The notes beneath the pieces are model-generated. The model was not told where the DNA came from, made no database searches, and saw nothing but the letters and a program-made list of their open reading frames with translations. DNA of 64,000 nt from Camelus ferus (taxonomy: Eukaryota): contig NC_045708.1 in NCBI RefSeq assembly GCF_009834535.1, positions 49,538,001 to 49,602,000 on the forward strand, in the 5' to 3' direction. The translations under genes and the position numbers were made by a program. Every line of letters starts with the position of its first letter. Positions within the stretch are counted from its first letter, which is position 1. Below are positions 26,417 to 39,600 of the stretch, in pieces.

Positions 26417-29400
26417 TTATGAGCAGTTTGGATTAAAATTGCAAATACGTAGAACAACCAACAATTATTTGTTAAGTGACTACCATGTGCCAGGTACTGC
26501 TCGACACTGAACTTGACTTTTCATATTTCCTGGTACTCGCCTCCATTAAGCATTTCCCATATCTTAGGCAGTAGTCCAGGCACTGAAAATCATAAATATC
26601 ATAAAAAATCGTGGGACTGGCCTCCATCTCAACTGATCTTACATTTTTTTGGTAAAACCTTCTTAGGACAAAGAATCTGAATTGAATTATAGTACCTATA
26701 TTTAAAACTCAGAGGAAAAGCTAATACTCAAGGCATTTGACAGAAATACAGTGGCCACCGTAATGAATAGATATTGCCAGTGAGAGTTGCTGTCACTATG
26801 CAGCATTCTGCCCAGGGCAATTATATTTGCCTGTTTTTTTTTTATTACTGAGACCAAATGTTTGGCCTGAGTTCCTACAGAAAATATGTAATTCCATTAC
26901 ATGTGATTCACCTTTGAGTAACCCTCCAAGCTGACAAAGACTCAAGCTGAAAATTTACGTTTATTACAGAAATAATCCATTTAGCAAACATTTATTGAGT
27001 CTCCTTATGTTCACTGGGCAGCATACAAAGATTTAAAAGTGCAAAATCCAGTCTTTGTGTTTAGGAAATGTGCAGCCTAACTTCTCTAAAAATGTCTTCC
27101 CATTGAAAAAAAAAAAAAGCCAAGGTTTTGTTTTTTGTTTCTGTTTTTTAATAAGAGTGCAAAATGACTTGTGATGACTAATGGGAAGATATTCCAAAGA
27201 CATGAAGGGGTGGACTCTGGCGGCAGGCAGAGGGGACACTCCTCCTGCCCTGTGGTGTGTAGTCAATGCAGTAATAACTCCCACCTCATAAGGTCGTGTT
27301 GAGTCAAGATAAGGAAGTTCCTGACCAATTTCTGAAACATTTTAAGTACTTTAACAAATTACATCTATTGGTTTTTATTTATGATATACGTTTGGGGCTA
27401 AATTGAACTTTTCAGTGTACCATTGTAGTGCACATTCTTCACCTGAAATTGTGGTGAGGTTGCACCACAGCCCTCCCCTGAGTTTCTGTTCCCTGGCGGA
27501 ATGCAGATACATTCCGATAGACCCTCCCACCCCCCCGCAGTTTAGGGCTCCGCCTCCTTTCCGAAGACCTCTATATACACAAAGAAATATCCCCACACCT
27601 GAACGTCACTGGGATGTAGATTGCAAACATCAGGAAAAGTCATTTGTTTTTTGTTTTAATTATACAAACATCGAGCAGCTTTTTTTTTTTTTTTTTTGAA
27701 ACTGTTAGACATACATGGATGCTGTGTCCACTGTGCACCAGGCAGGGCCCTGGGTCTCGTGAGACTCATCAGACCACGTGGAAGAAGCTACTTGGCTTGG
27801 AGACAAGTAGACCTGGCTCAGAATCTTGGTGTTGCCTAGCTTGTTTGTTTGGTGATCTTGAAAAGTAGCGTAATCACTTTGAGACTGTTTTTTAATCCTT
27901 AAAATAGGGGTTAGTAGTTCCTTCTGGGCTTGCTGAAAGAGTTGGCTCGTGAAAGTGCCTAGCGTGGTGCCTGGCACATCCGAGGGACCCAGTGAACCAG
28001 CCCTGCCTTCCCCTTACTCCTGGTGATTGCAGATGGGAAACCTGAGGCTGTTCCTCTAAACCCCTCGTCCTGTGACAACATGAATCCTAACATGTAACAC
28101 AGTGCCTCTCAGATTCTCTGTACATTTTGTTGCAAGTGACAACGAGTAAAAGGTCAAGTTGCAATCTGATCCCAGATCTTTGGAGTCTAAAGAAGGCCGT
28201 GCATTCTGCTCCCTGCCACCATGTCTCCTGCTCTGCTCCTGGGAGGGGCGTCTTCATGCTTCTGGGGGGGATACATGAGAGGATGGTTTCTACTCCTCCG
28301 TGAACTGTGTTTTGCATACTGACCCTAAACCGCTGTCACTGCCCCCTTTCCTCCTCCCTGGGGCTCCTCTTCCAAAGCGCTTGGTAACTCTTAGAGCTGA
28401 CTTTGTGCCCAGGCCTAATTTTGCCCAAGCTCTGCTCAAGAGCACTATTTATGCAGGGATGGGAAGCAGAAGGACTAAGTACACCCCAGGAACATGATCC
28501 CTTAAAGTAGTACATTTTCAACCGTTTTAAAGGCAGCATGCTTATACGGGGGTCTTAACATCATGACAAAGAGCTGTTAGTGAAAGCGAAAGTGTACGCA
28601 AGACTGAGATGAGTGACGAAGGTCATCAGAAACTAGTCCTTACAAAGGAGCTCTCTTCTCCAACAGTCAAATACGCAGAATGTCCCCCTCCCCGCCACAG
28701 GCTCACTCCCCAGCCCCACCGCCCCCAGCGTTAAAACCTGGCTTTGTCTTTGGCTCTTCTCCCCTTGTCTTGTACCTGCCCCACATCTCTCCCCATCCCA
28801 GCCCCTTAAAGTTAGCTGAGAGATACACCAGTTTGTTGGCAGCATGCAGATAGGATGGTGACTATTCTACCTTTGGCCTCTTGTCGTCTTACCAGCTAGC
28901 AGTGGAATGGTACGAATTTAGGACAAGGAGAGAAAGGAGGAGGTATTGGCAGGACTCCCCAGCTTACAGTCTTATGTGGCAGGATAGCATCTCTGGTGAA
29001 GGCCAGCAGCATCTTTTGTGGGGTAGGTCCTCAGCTTCTACCTATAGGATGTTCTCACCTTGATTTCTCCTGTTCTGGACTCAGCTCCAGGACTGTTACC
29101 TCAACCTGTCCGTCTATAGAACCAGTCTTCATTTTTAGCAAAAAATATTTCAAGTGTAAGTAAAATAATGATAACAACAACAACAACAACAACAATGGAA
29201 GATATGAAACCAAGCAAGCAAAAACCTGAAGGTTTTGTTGTTGTTGTAAATTCTCATGGAAATATCACTTTCTTGATCAGGGAGGTCATCATGAACACAG
29301 ATTTGTGACTAAACAGCTCCTCACTTCTTTACTGTTTCACAATTTAAGCAAAACAAAACAAAACCAACCCAAATTTTAAGCCAATCTGCCTTGTCTCTTT

Positions 29401-29467
29401 CTTCTTCACTCCCTCCCATCTTTTACCCCCATGATCACAGAATAATCTGACTTGAACTATTCCATTT

Positions 29468-29870
29468 TTTTTTTATTGTGGTGAAATACACTTGACATAA
29501 AACCTGTAATGTTAAAGTGTATTTACTACATTCTCAGTATTGTGTAACCATCACTACCATCTAGGTCCAGGACTTTTGTATAATCCCAAAAGGAAACTCT
29601 GTACCAATTAAACAGTCACTCCTCATTCCCCCTGCATCCAGCCCCTGGCAACCTCTAGTCTGCTATCTGTACCAATGAATTTGCCTACCCTGGATATTTT
29701 ACATAAATGGAATTATATAATCGGTGGTTCTTTGTATCTGCCTTTTTCATTTAGCATAATGTTTTCAAGGTTCATTTTTATTGTAACCTGTGTCAGTCCA
29801 TTCCTTTTCATGACTGAATAATATTCCATTGTATGGGTATACTGCCTTTTGTTTATCTACTCATCAGTTC
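29468..29870 (-). mobile_element. L1MB-like 3' end
   Basis: ttattgtggtgaaatacac ... cagcccctggcaacc ... tttagcataatgttttcaaggttcat ... gactgaataatattccattgtatgg. Confidence 0.88.
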
Positions 29871-29958
29871 ACAGAGAACTATTTCATTGTAAAGGAGATT
29901 TTATTCAGAAAGTAATTGTCAACTAAATGATTGGATATACATTTACAAGTTTGATTAC

Positions 29959-29960
<2 letters not shown>

Positions 29961-30002
<42 letters not shown>
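29961..30002. repeat. (CA)n microsatellite
   Basis: About 21 perfect CA units. Confidence 0.98.
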
Positions 30003-30005
<3 letters not shown>

Positions 30006-33000
30006 GTGGTGCCTAAAGGCTTTCAAAGAAATCTGATGTCTATTTGTAGAAGCCTGAGTATGAGAAGTATTGTAAATCCAGAAGCTCATGAGACAGCACT
30101 GGGTCTGACCTATAGATTCAGGATTCATCTATATGCAGATGGAACATGAAAGCATGGGAGTGAATGAAATTGCCCCAGGTAGTAGGTGTAAAGGAGCCCA
30201 GGACAGAACTTTGGGGATCAGTGGAGATGATGATAATAAAACTCAACTCAGGTAAACCTTCAGGCTCACCATTTGAAAAGAAAACACATCCTACTTTTTC
30301 AAAAAGTTTGTGAGAAAATTAAATGAGTCAACATATGCAAAGCCGCTGGTACCTGGCTCATAGATAGGACCTCAGTAATGGTGGCTGTAATTGTTATTGT
30401 ATATATTTGTGCTATCACTATTGTCAGTTTCTGCATCTGTTGCTTTATTTCACTATCTTGTAACATCATATCCAGGACTACCGATTTTGAAACAAGCTTT
30501 CCTACCCTCTTAAAAAATCAGTCTGTCTTTAGTTTTGTTGTTGTTGTCCTTCTCTGACTAGCTTCTTCCATAATACGAGAGGAAGCTAAAGGAATCCTAA
30601 TTAGGTGGAGAGATGCTGGAGGCACAGCACAGACTTCCAGGTGACTGATCTCGTTCTGCCTACACATGGGAAGGTGTTCCCGATTCCATAGCTTAGAAGA
30701 GAGCTATTCTGGTCCCAGATCATCAAGATGTTAAAATTCTTTCTCTTCAGCTTTCTTTGTTGTGATATTGGCAAGGGGAAAGTTAGTTACTTCATGTCTC
30801 AAAAACACTTTTTTTTTTCCCCTCCCATTTTTGGTCAAGAATAGCTGACAAAAATTCATAACCCAGCCTAAAAACAATTACACTGTAGAAACTGACTTTA
30901 AATTTTTCATGAAGTTCTGGAGTCAGAAGTGAAAAATCATTGGAGAGAGTGTTTTAAGCTGATCAGATGATCAAATATAGTGTCTTAAACTTGTTATTCC
31001 TAGAAGATCTTTGAGTAGCATTGCTCTCTTCCGAAGAATTTTTTTGAGTATTTTAAAATTAACTCTCAAAAGCATTGGCCACCCCTCTCCAGTCATTTTT
31101 CACACAGTTGGTATGACTGTCTCTTTCTGGGTCTTCTCAAAGAGCTATTAAGATATGAATAACTTTTACATTTCATAACTTTGTTTTAGTCTTTCTGAGT
31201 TTTCTTCATACTTTTCTAAACTTCTCACATCTTTCTACTTTTCAAGGGGGAAAAGTTTTCAGTGTTTTTTCTTATTCAGTAGTTTGATTAGGTTTGTTTT
31301 CTGGGATGTCACATCTTTGGTGTATTCCTGTATGCATTCCATGTATGGGGCTGCATTCTGTGGATGGGAAATGTGACTTCTGGCAGAACTAAAACTACAG
31401 AGCAGCGCTGCATTGTGTGAACATGTGCAAATTCTTTCAGCCCTTATTCCTGGCTGATTTGTTGTAGACTGAGGGGATGAAATACAAAAAGAAAGTGACT
31501 TGTATTCATCTACACAAATAAGGCTGGGAACAGACTCTCTCCTGAAGCCTGATCCAGGGCACTTTTCCCTGGAAAATGGACAACATGTGACATTCATGAC
31601 CTAGTTCATACTGGCTATTGTCCAAATTTAGTGGTCCAAAACAGGACAGAGTCCATGGAAAACTACTATTGCCCGCTCTGTTACTAATTTAATACAAGAA
31701 TGACTGGAATCTGTCTGTATTTTCGGATCTATTTGGTAGGGCACGCTGTCTCTCATCTCACGGTCAAGTTACAGAAAATAGTCATTTGAAAACATAAGAT
31801 AATAAAAGCTTTTGTTTTATAATCCTATAAAAATGAGTAGCAATTGGGGAATATCGCATTTATTGGGCCCCAAAGCTGAATCAGAAGCATGGAAAAGCCA
31901 ATTAAGAGATTTAAAGCTGAAAGAAAATTATAGGAAGAAAATGATGATTTTTAACTATGGTATCTTGCCCCTATAAGGGGATAAGGCAGTTAAAGGTGAA
32001 AAGAAAGAAGTTTTTCATCATCAAAATTAAAAATGAACAGGGGGAAGGTATTCCTAAATATTATGGGTGGGTATGTTTAAATGTCAATAAAGTTTCTATA
32101 AATTCCTCATTTGGAGGGTAAAGGAGAATAGCTTAATGTGGAAGGAGATTTTTTTTAAACAAACATTGACATTTTAAAGACCTAAACATCTTAAATGGAA
32201 TGACTATTCAAATGCAAAATTAGACTAACAAAGGCATTTTGGAGATTGTATTTGAGTAGTATCCTGAGTCAGATAATGAATGACTCAGATCATCTGAGCG
32301 GCTTGGACTGACTCACATGTTTTAGGAGAAGGTGTCATGGAATCTCTGATTTTGTCAGTGTTTTTCCCTTTGTTCCACCTGGTAGTGCCAAGCAAATCCT
32401 GAAAGTCAGTGACTTTTCCCCCCTCTAATTTGTCAAGAAGACATTCCAAACCACCGGTAACAAGTCTAAGGTTTCGAATATATAGGCATTTGGTATATTT
32501 GAATAACACTCATTAACACAAGAAACACAAGCCACATATGTAACAGCAGGACATGTAGGAGATGGTTCCCAGACAGACCCTTGACAGGATAAGAATGGAA
32601 GCTATAAGACTAGGCTTGGTTTGTCCAGAATCAGACACACCTTCTTTCCCCAATACGCGTGAATGATGTTTCTTGGAAGACATCTTAAATCAACAAATAT
32701 TATCTGGTACCTGTACTTGGTAAAGGGGACATGCAGAGGATGTCCTTGGCCTCTGTCCCAGAAAGTCTTACCATCTGTGAGAGAAACTGACATAAGAACT
32801 AGTAAGTGGAATAGTTTGATATATTGTAATACACACGAGAGCACCATTTGTGGGGAGCACAGAATAATCAGTTTCTTACCGCACTAGAATTGAGAGGCCC
32901 TCACGGAGGAGGTGGCATTTGACTGGGCTTTAAAGGCCCATATTGAAGTTCTAAATACAAACAAAATAGGAAAAACATTTCAACCAGAGCTAAGGACCAA

Positions 33001-33585
33001 ATAACGAAAAAAGAAATACTGGATTACAGATGTTGGGGTACATTCAGAAAATCCGGTATAGCCACCAAATTGAGGAAGTAGAAAAAGATGAATTGGGAAT
33101 ACGGAATACAGAGATGTGTCAGGTCAATGTGGCCCTCTTGTATGATTTACATAATCTGTGCCTTGGAACTATTCCAGTCTCAAGAATATGTCTAACCTGG
33201 AAATTGCTGTTCTTCAAATCTGTGATTTGGTTTCTTGACAGATTGCCAGTTTGAGTGATGAGTAACAATAGTCTAAGAAAAGCTTGTCGTCTTGTCTGTA
33301 CCTGGCTCTGATCTCCTTCCCATTCTTTTATATTCTTATGCTGCTGATCGTGCTAAGAGATTATGGTGCCACGTCCTTGATAAACATCTGTTGAAAAATA
33401 TCATAATGAATCATACGTGCCTGCACACACACACACACGGATACAAATGAAGAAACTGCCGTTGCTTCTCGAACATTCACAGTTAACGAATGTGTGTCAG
33501 CGTTAAAAATAATGTTCACTTGAATGTTGCTAGGAACACTCAAATAGAAAATAAACTTCTTTGACCTTTTGTTGTTTTCCCACAG

Positions 33586-33649
33586 GATTGAAAAAACGTA
33601 CAAGGAAGGCCTTTGGAATACGGAAGAAAGAAAAGGACACTGATTCTAC
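33586..33649 (+). CDS. SGIP1: SGIP1 exon 2 (64 nt): (G)[20 protein letters not shown](T)
   Basis: Acceptor ttgttttcccacag|GATTG and donor TCTAC|gtatgt; basic N-terminal segment. Confidence 0.97.
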
Positions 33650-36600
33650 GTATGTACTTGAGGAGAGCATCACCGCTCAGTGTCAGCTGTGACTATGTAG
33701 AAATGCAGATCTGCTGTGGTCTCTGTATGGCAGAATAATGAGCCCATTAAACCCCTGATTTGGCTAGAAGTCCTGAAAGGAGGTTAGAAAATGGGAAAAT
33801 CAATAGCTGTTTAGGCGTAGGTGAAAAGGAAGAGAGCTACATTTGTTTCTCATCTGTAGCTTTTCATTCTGCATATTTTTATCATGCATAAATTTCATCA
33901 CAGGGTGCCGAGTATTGCCCTGCGTTCTTGCCTTCCAAGAATTTATAATTCGTGGACAAAATACCTGTCACACAGATTGAAGTATCTTTCATATAACTAG
34001 ATGAGCTAACATTGGACATGACTAGCATGGTACCCAGTACTTAGTAAGTGCTCAGTGAATGGCAGAGGCCACTATGCTTATTACTACTGAGACAAATTAA
34101 TACGTGGTAAGTTCCTTATGAGCAGTTAAAAATGGAATTTCGTGGGAATTTGAGGGCGGGAAAGCTCATATTTGAACAGATGATCAGTGAAGCTTCGGAG
34201 AGGGAGGAACCTTGAGTCTGGCCTTCAAGAAGGTGAGGACATGTATTTCCTGCAAAGGGAATGCCAGCCAAAGCAGAGATGTGGGACAGCCAAGTAGGTA
34301 TTCAGGACAAGCTAAAGAGGGCAGTCTGTCTACCTGTCAGCTGCATACGTGTGTTGATGGGAGGCAAGGCTGGAAAGGAGATCAGGGCCAGACAGAAAGG
34401 GCTGTACATGCCAGACTGAGGTGTCTGGGCTTCCTTCCTTAGGCAGTGAGCAACCTTGAAACCTCAAAGGCTTTTCAACCAAAGACTATAAAGGATTGGA
34501 GAGCAAAAAAGCTATTTTTTACCCAGTTATCAAATGTGAAGTCTTCTGTTCTTACCTTTTCTTTGTGCTTTTTCTTTTGGTAATTAATTATTTCATGGAA
34601 ACTATATTTCCTCTGGCCTTGCAAAGTTTTCTAAATGATTAAATTAGAAAATTTTGTTCTAAACATTATATGATTTCCATTATTTTTTGAGAAATTGCTG
34701 TTTTCGAAACATAACCAGAAGAGGTGATGGTTCGTTCAGCAGAGTCAGAAGATCTGGGCTTTGGGTCCAGCATTGCCAACAGCCTTGGAATATACTTTCC
34801 TCTAATGGGCCTCAGTTTACGCTAGATGGAATCTAATTTTCCTAAAAGGCTAGACACTGCACCAGTCTGTCTGTCAGCAACATCTTTTGTCACCTACAAC
34901 ATGCCACGTGTTGTGTGGGATATTGTTAGACACATCTCAGGAGAACATCATTAGCAGAGACCAAATCCATTTTTCTTGGAAGACAGTGTCTGTAACTGAC
35001 TGCATATAATCTCTGGTGTGTGAAGAAAATTAAAAAGGAAACAAAGCTCCCTCAAATGGGAAAAGAGGTCAGACAACCTCCCCAGGGCAGGCTGAGCTCA
35101 TTTGTATGTGGCCAAAGCCACACTTTTCCATCAACAATTCTAAACTCATGAAAATGTGAAAGCTGCTCCTCACAGCTTCGGGTAGATGCCCAATATCTCT
35201 GTGAAGTACTCTAAGGAGATATTTGCCAGTAAAATCCCAGGCCTCTCTTCTTCGCTTCTTATCGTTTGAGCACCCCAATTTACTCAGCAAATTAGCTATC
35301 AGTTCCCACCTGCAGCAATGATCAAAGGACAAGTCATTTGGTGTAAGCCTTTGCTTTTCAGAAGCCCCTGCTCTCTAACTAGGTCACATATCATTCTTGC
35401 AGAGGCTGGGGAAATGTTCTGGCAATTTGCTAGCCCTTTTGCTTTAGGTAATGCTTATGTTGGTCTGCAATCACTGAAACCTTGTTGGTGCAAACTGTTT
35501 TCAGGGCTGTTGCAACTCCGTGACGGTTGCCAAGCAACCTGCTATGGTAGCTGCCAGCTCTAACGTCCGCTGATTGAACCTCCTTAGATAGAGTGAGGTT
35601 GAACCAGAGCTTCCTGATTTGATCATCATCATTACAATGGCTGGTAGAAAGAGGAAAGCAGAGAGCTGGTGCTAAGTGGCAGGCTCTGTGCAGGGTATTT
35701 TGTATACAGTGATATCCTTTTTAATCCTCACAGTAATTCAATAAGGTTAGAAGTAATGTCTCAATTTTAGAGATGAGGAATCAGTGCCAAAAGGAATTAA
35801 GTAACTTGCTGAAGGCTATCCAGAAAATAAGGCATGGAACCATTCTAGTTTAAAATCCAGTGCTTATTCCTTTATCACTCAGGGGAAAAAAAAAAAAAAG
35901 AAATAGATGGGAAAAATTATAATCAAGACCACTAGGAGAGTAAAAGAGAAAAGGCAGTTGTCGCAAGAGGTGATGGCCACTTTTAAAAATAGAGGCCAAG
36001 GGTCCCTGGTGGATGATTAGTTAGAAAACAGAAGTCAGTAAATATAATGGGTTTGCTGTTAAAAAGAAAAAAAAAAGCATATAAAACTTAACAGGAGGGT
36101 TTAGGAAATAAATTGAGAACATTTGCCCAAGTGTCTGAGGCTACTAAAATCTCTCTCTACTCCCCATCCTAGGCTAGCGTATACAATATCTTTACTCTAG
36201 ATACCATCGAATGAGTATTTACTATGTCCTAGGCACTATTTCAGGCTTTTCATTTATATTAACTCATTGAATCCTTTAGGAGGCCTATGGGGTATATGCT
36301 GTTATCACGGCTATTATATAGATGAAGAAACTGAGACACAAAGCGATGAAGTACTTGTCCAGGGTTATGCAGCTGGGAAATCTAAGTTGATTGAACCGAG
36401 GGAGTCTGGCACTGCAGCTGGTGCTCTTAAACACCATGCTTACTGCCACCACACTGGGATGCAGCAGCCCCATTCCCAATGGATAAGACAAAGGATCACC
36501 AATGCTGCTATGTACAATCACAGTTCTCCTGATTAAATGTTTTTAAACACCATCCCTATAGCTGCAATATGCATGAGATCGAGTGGCCTCCCATTTAAGA

Positions 36601-39600
36601 CCCCCTATAAATATGCCCTTCTACCTGGACCAATAGTTGGCAACATCACAGCCAGGCCTATCTCCAGAGCTTTGCCTTCTCCACATCCATTACCTGCCCC
36701 AGAAGACAACCCCACTAGGATCAGTGCCTCTGGATTATCCTACCCCAAAGTTGACACAATCACCTCATTCTCAATTCCTTTAGCCAAGGCTGAAATCCTA
36801 GTAAGAAATGCTCATTTCTTGCAATGTATAAATCTGATAAGGAAAATTGGTTTTGATGAGTGTGGGTTGGTACCTTTCTTCTGTGCTTTCTGACCAACCT
36901 GGGCTTATGGTGGCCACAAGAACCCACTGGCTTTACCTGCCCATCGCCTTCTCTTTCTGATGACCATGTCTCCTTCATTATTTTTAACCCCTGATCCTAG
37001 CCTAGTGCCTGACCCAATGTAAGCACTCAGTATTTGATCAGTGAATTATAACTTTTATTGGCTAAGACTATTCCTAGCTTTCTTAGATGGAATTCCTTTG
37101 AACCAACTAATTCCCATAGCCGGCAAAAATCCAAACATTTCTGTCAACTCTCATGGTCTTTCACTATCGGGATCCTTCCTGCTTCTAGTCCCTGTATCAC
37201 TGATTCAGCCTTGCATCCACATGAACACAGAACTGATTATGAAAAATAATGCACTCCTCTGTAATCCAAGCAGAATATCCTGCTAATTTTGGCTGAGAAT
37301 CACATCTTGGAGCCAAGAGTATGTCCCACCAACTCTGCATTTCTCTTTCTCTCTCTCTGTCTCTCTTCTCTTCTCTCTCCTTTGCCGCATCCTATGGAGC
37401 AATAAAGAACTTTGTTACTTTGTCCCACCTCTTAAAGAACAGTTCCAAACACACCAAACTCTTCAAGATTTCATAGTCTACCCCAAGTACTTATTAAGGT
37501 TTTCCTCCAAACAATGCAGGTCCTCATCTAAGCAGAATTCTGGTCTTCATGTTAATAGAATAACATTTTTCAAGCTTCCTTACAAAGTGAATTAAAATAA
37601 GACATTACAAATTTACAGTGACTTCTCTCTTGCTTCTCCCTTTCTCTGGTTCCTCCAATTCAGTTTTCCAAAGCAACAATAATAATACCCTTCCTCTATT
37701 GCTATAAAGTCTAACAGGGTTGCAAGTGGGCAGTTTTGTGTTCCTAATGGAGAGGCATCATGGAAGAGGGGAAAAAAACATAACAAACAAACATGTTTGA
37801 ATACTCAGTATGTGCCAGGAACTATATGTTATGTATATACCTTATATTTAAAAAGGCTTAGAGAGGTTGAGTCATGTGTTCAGGGTCAGAGAACTAATAA
37901 GAGGTGGAGTCTGGATATGTAGATTCATCCTGCTCTAAAGCCCGGACTCTTCAGCACGGCAGCCTTGTGCCGCCATGGATCAAATACCCTGGACGTTAGT
38001 CATCAAAATGAGCCACTTAGCAAAATTGCCCTCCATTTCCTGCTCCTCCATAATCAAAGGAGCAGTAAATATGGAAATAAGGAAGAAAGTACAGATTCTC
38101 AAAGTAGGTTGAAAAATACCATAGAAGTTCCTTCTTATAAGGGGAAATTCAAGACCATTGATAGGGGAGAAGATGAGAGAGAACAAATTGGTCTGCTTTC
38201 CCTGTGGTAGTTGTAAATGGAAGCCAGCTGAGTGGGACAGACGGTTCATGAATTCTCCTCTCAAAAGTTGGCAAAGATATACACATATATGTATAATGGA
38301 ATCACTTTGCTGTACACCTGAAACTAACACCACTTTGTAAACTAACTATACGTCAATTTTTAAAATGTTTATTAAAAAAAGGTGGGCAAGACATTGCACC
38401 ATCAACTTGGTACCTTTTGGATCTCAGTTTTTAATGAGAATCTCCCTCCCACACGCACATACACACATACCCTACTCAAATATCACTCAGTCGATTTATT
38501 TGAATTTAGTTTTCATTAGCCAGGTTTACTGGGGTGGGAGCTCGCAAGACGGGGAGAGAGGTGGTTAATGATTCTTATTGTTGTTCTTGAGTCTATGTAG
38601 CAAGAATGATTCATTTTCCTAATAGCTACCAATTTCTTTTTGTTACAGAGGTTCACCAGATAGAGATGGAATTGTAAGTATTTAAATGACCATTTTTAGT
38701 AGGTTTACACTTCAATCTATGCTAGTTTAAATTTCTTAAGCCCCATTTCCTTTTTTTTTTTTTTCAGCAGGGAAAAAGTAGCTTAAATAACTTTTCAGAC
38801 CTCTCACTGTTGTAATTTTCTGTAGTAATTGCATGGAACAAAAACGCAGTCTTAGTCAAGTTAAACTTATTTATTGCATTCACCTAAAACCCTGCCCCAG
38901 AGTAGGCAAGCAAACCAGTCATCAATATGGTGGGTCAAAAGCCAGACAGTTCCTGCAGAGGCTGCTACCATCAAGTCTTATTTCATTTCCAATTTAATGA
39001 TATAAAAGCTCATTATGGGAGAATGTTTTTCTCCAACAGAGTCCACAAAGTCATAATGGAGCTGAGATCCAATAAAATTGAAAGAAACTTTTCCCCTTTC
39101 ATAGTTGAGCTGCAGATATATTTTCTATATTAAATTCTTAAGTAGGGAATGGTCTTGAAACCACTTATGCCTGAATTTACAGCCTGAAGGAGGAAAATGT
39201 GTCCACTGGGTTCAGATTTAACAGTAACTCTGATTCCTTGCTTGTTGCCAGATTTCTTGCTTTTTAAAGAAGCCTGTGGTGCATGGCTTGGATTTATCTG
39301 AGTTGTGCTTCTGGGAGTCTGCACCAACTTCTAAAATGACTTCCTTCAAATCTAAATCAGATGCCTATTCAGAAGGTTGAAAAGAACAGCTGTTACTGGA
39401 GGGGAAAAAAAAAAGGACTCACATTAGGCTCATTGGGCTGGAGTGGGAACCAAAATAAACCTGATGGTTAAAAATATTTTTTTGGAAATATCGCACTTTA
39501 TAATATTACAGCTAAATTGGGGTGTTAACTGCACCTATGGTAGGAGCTTTTCTCCCACATTTGACTCGAGGTTCTAAGCTTTGGGGTGCCTTTTGCATTC

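Larger units (their letters stand above)
1..33585 (+). other. SGIP1: 3' part of SGIP1 intron 1
   Basis: Repeat-rich noncoding sequence upstream of exon 2; no ATGATGGAAG exon 1 or CpG-island promoter seen. Confidence 0.85.

Noticed and set aside
36150-36300. Possible orthologue of human MIR3117 (recalled as intronic in SGIP1)
   Set aside because: Only MIR/L2-tail-like sequence (ctaggcactat) is seen; I could not find a pre-miRNA hairpin or mature-arm match in intron 2.
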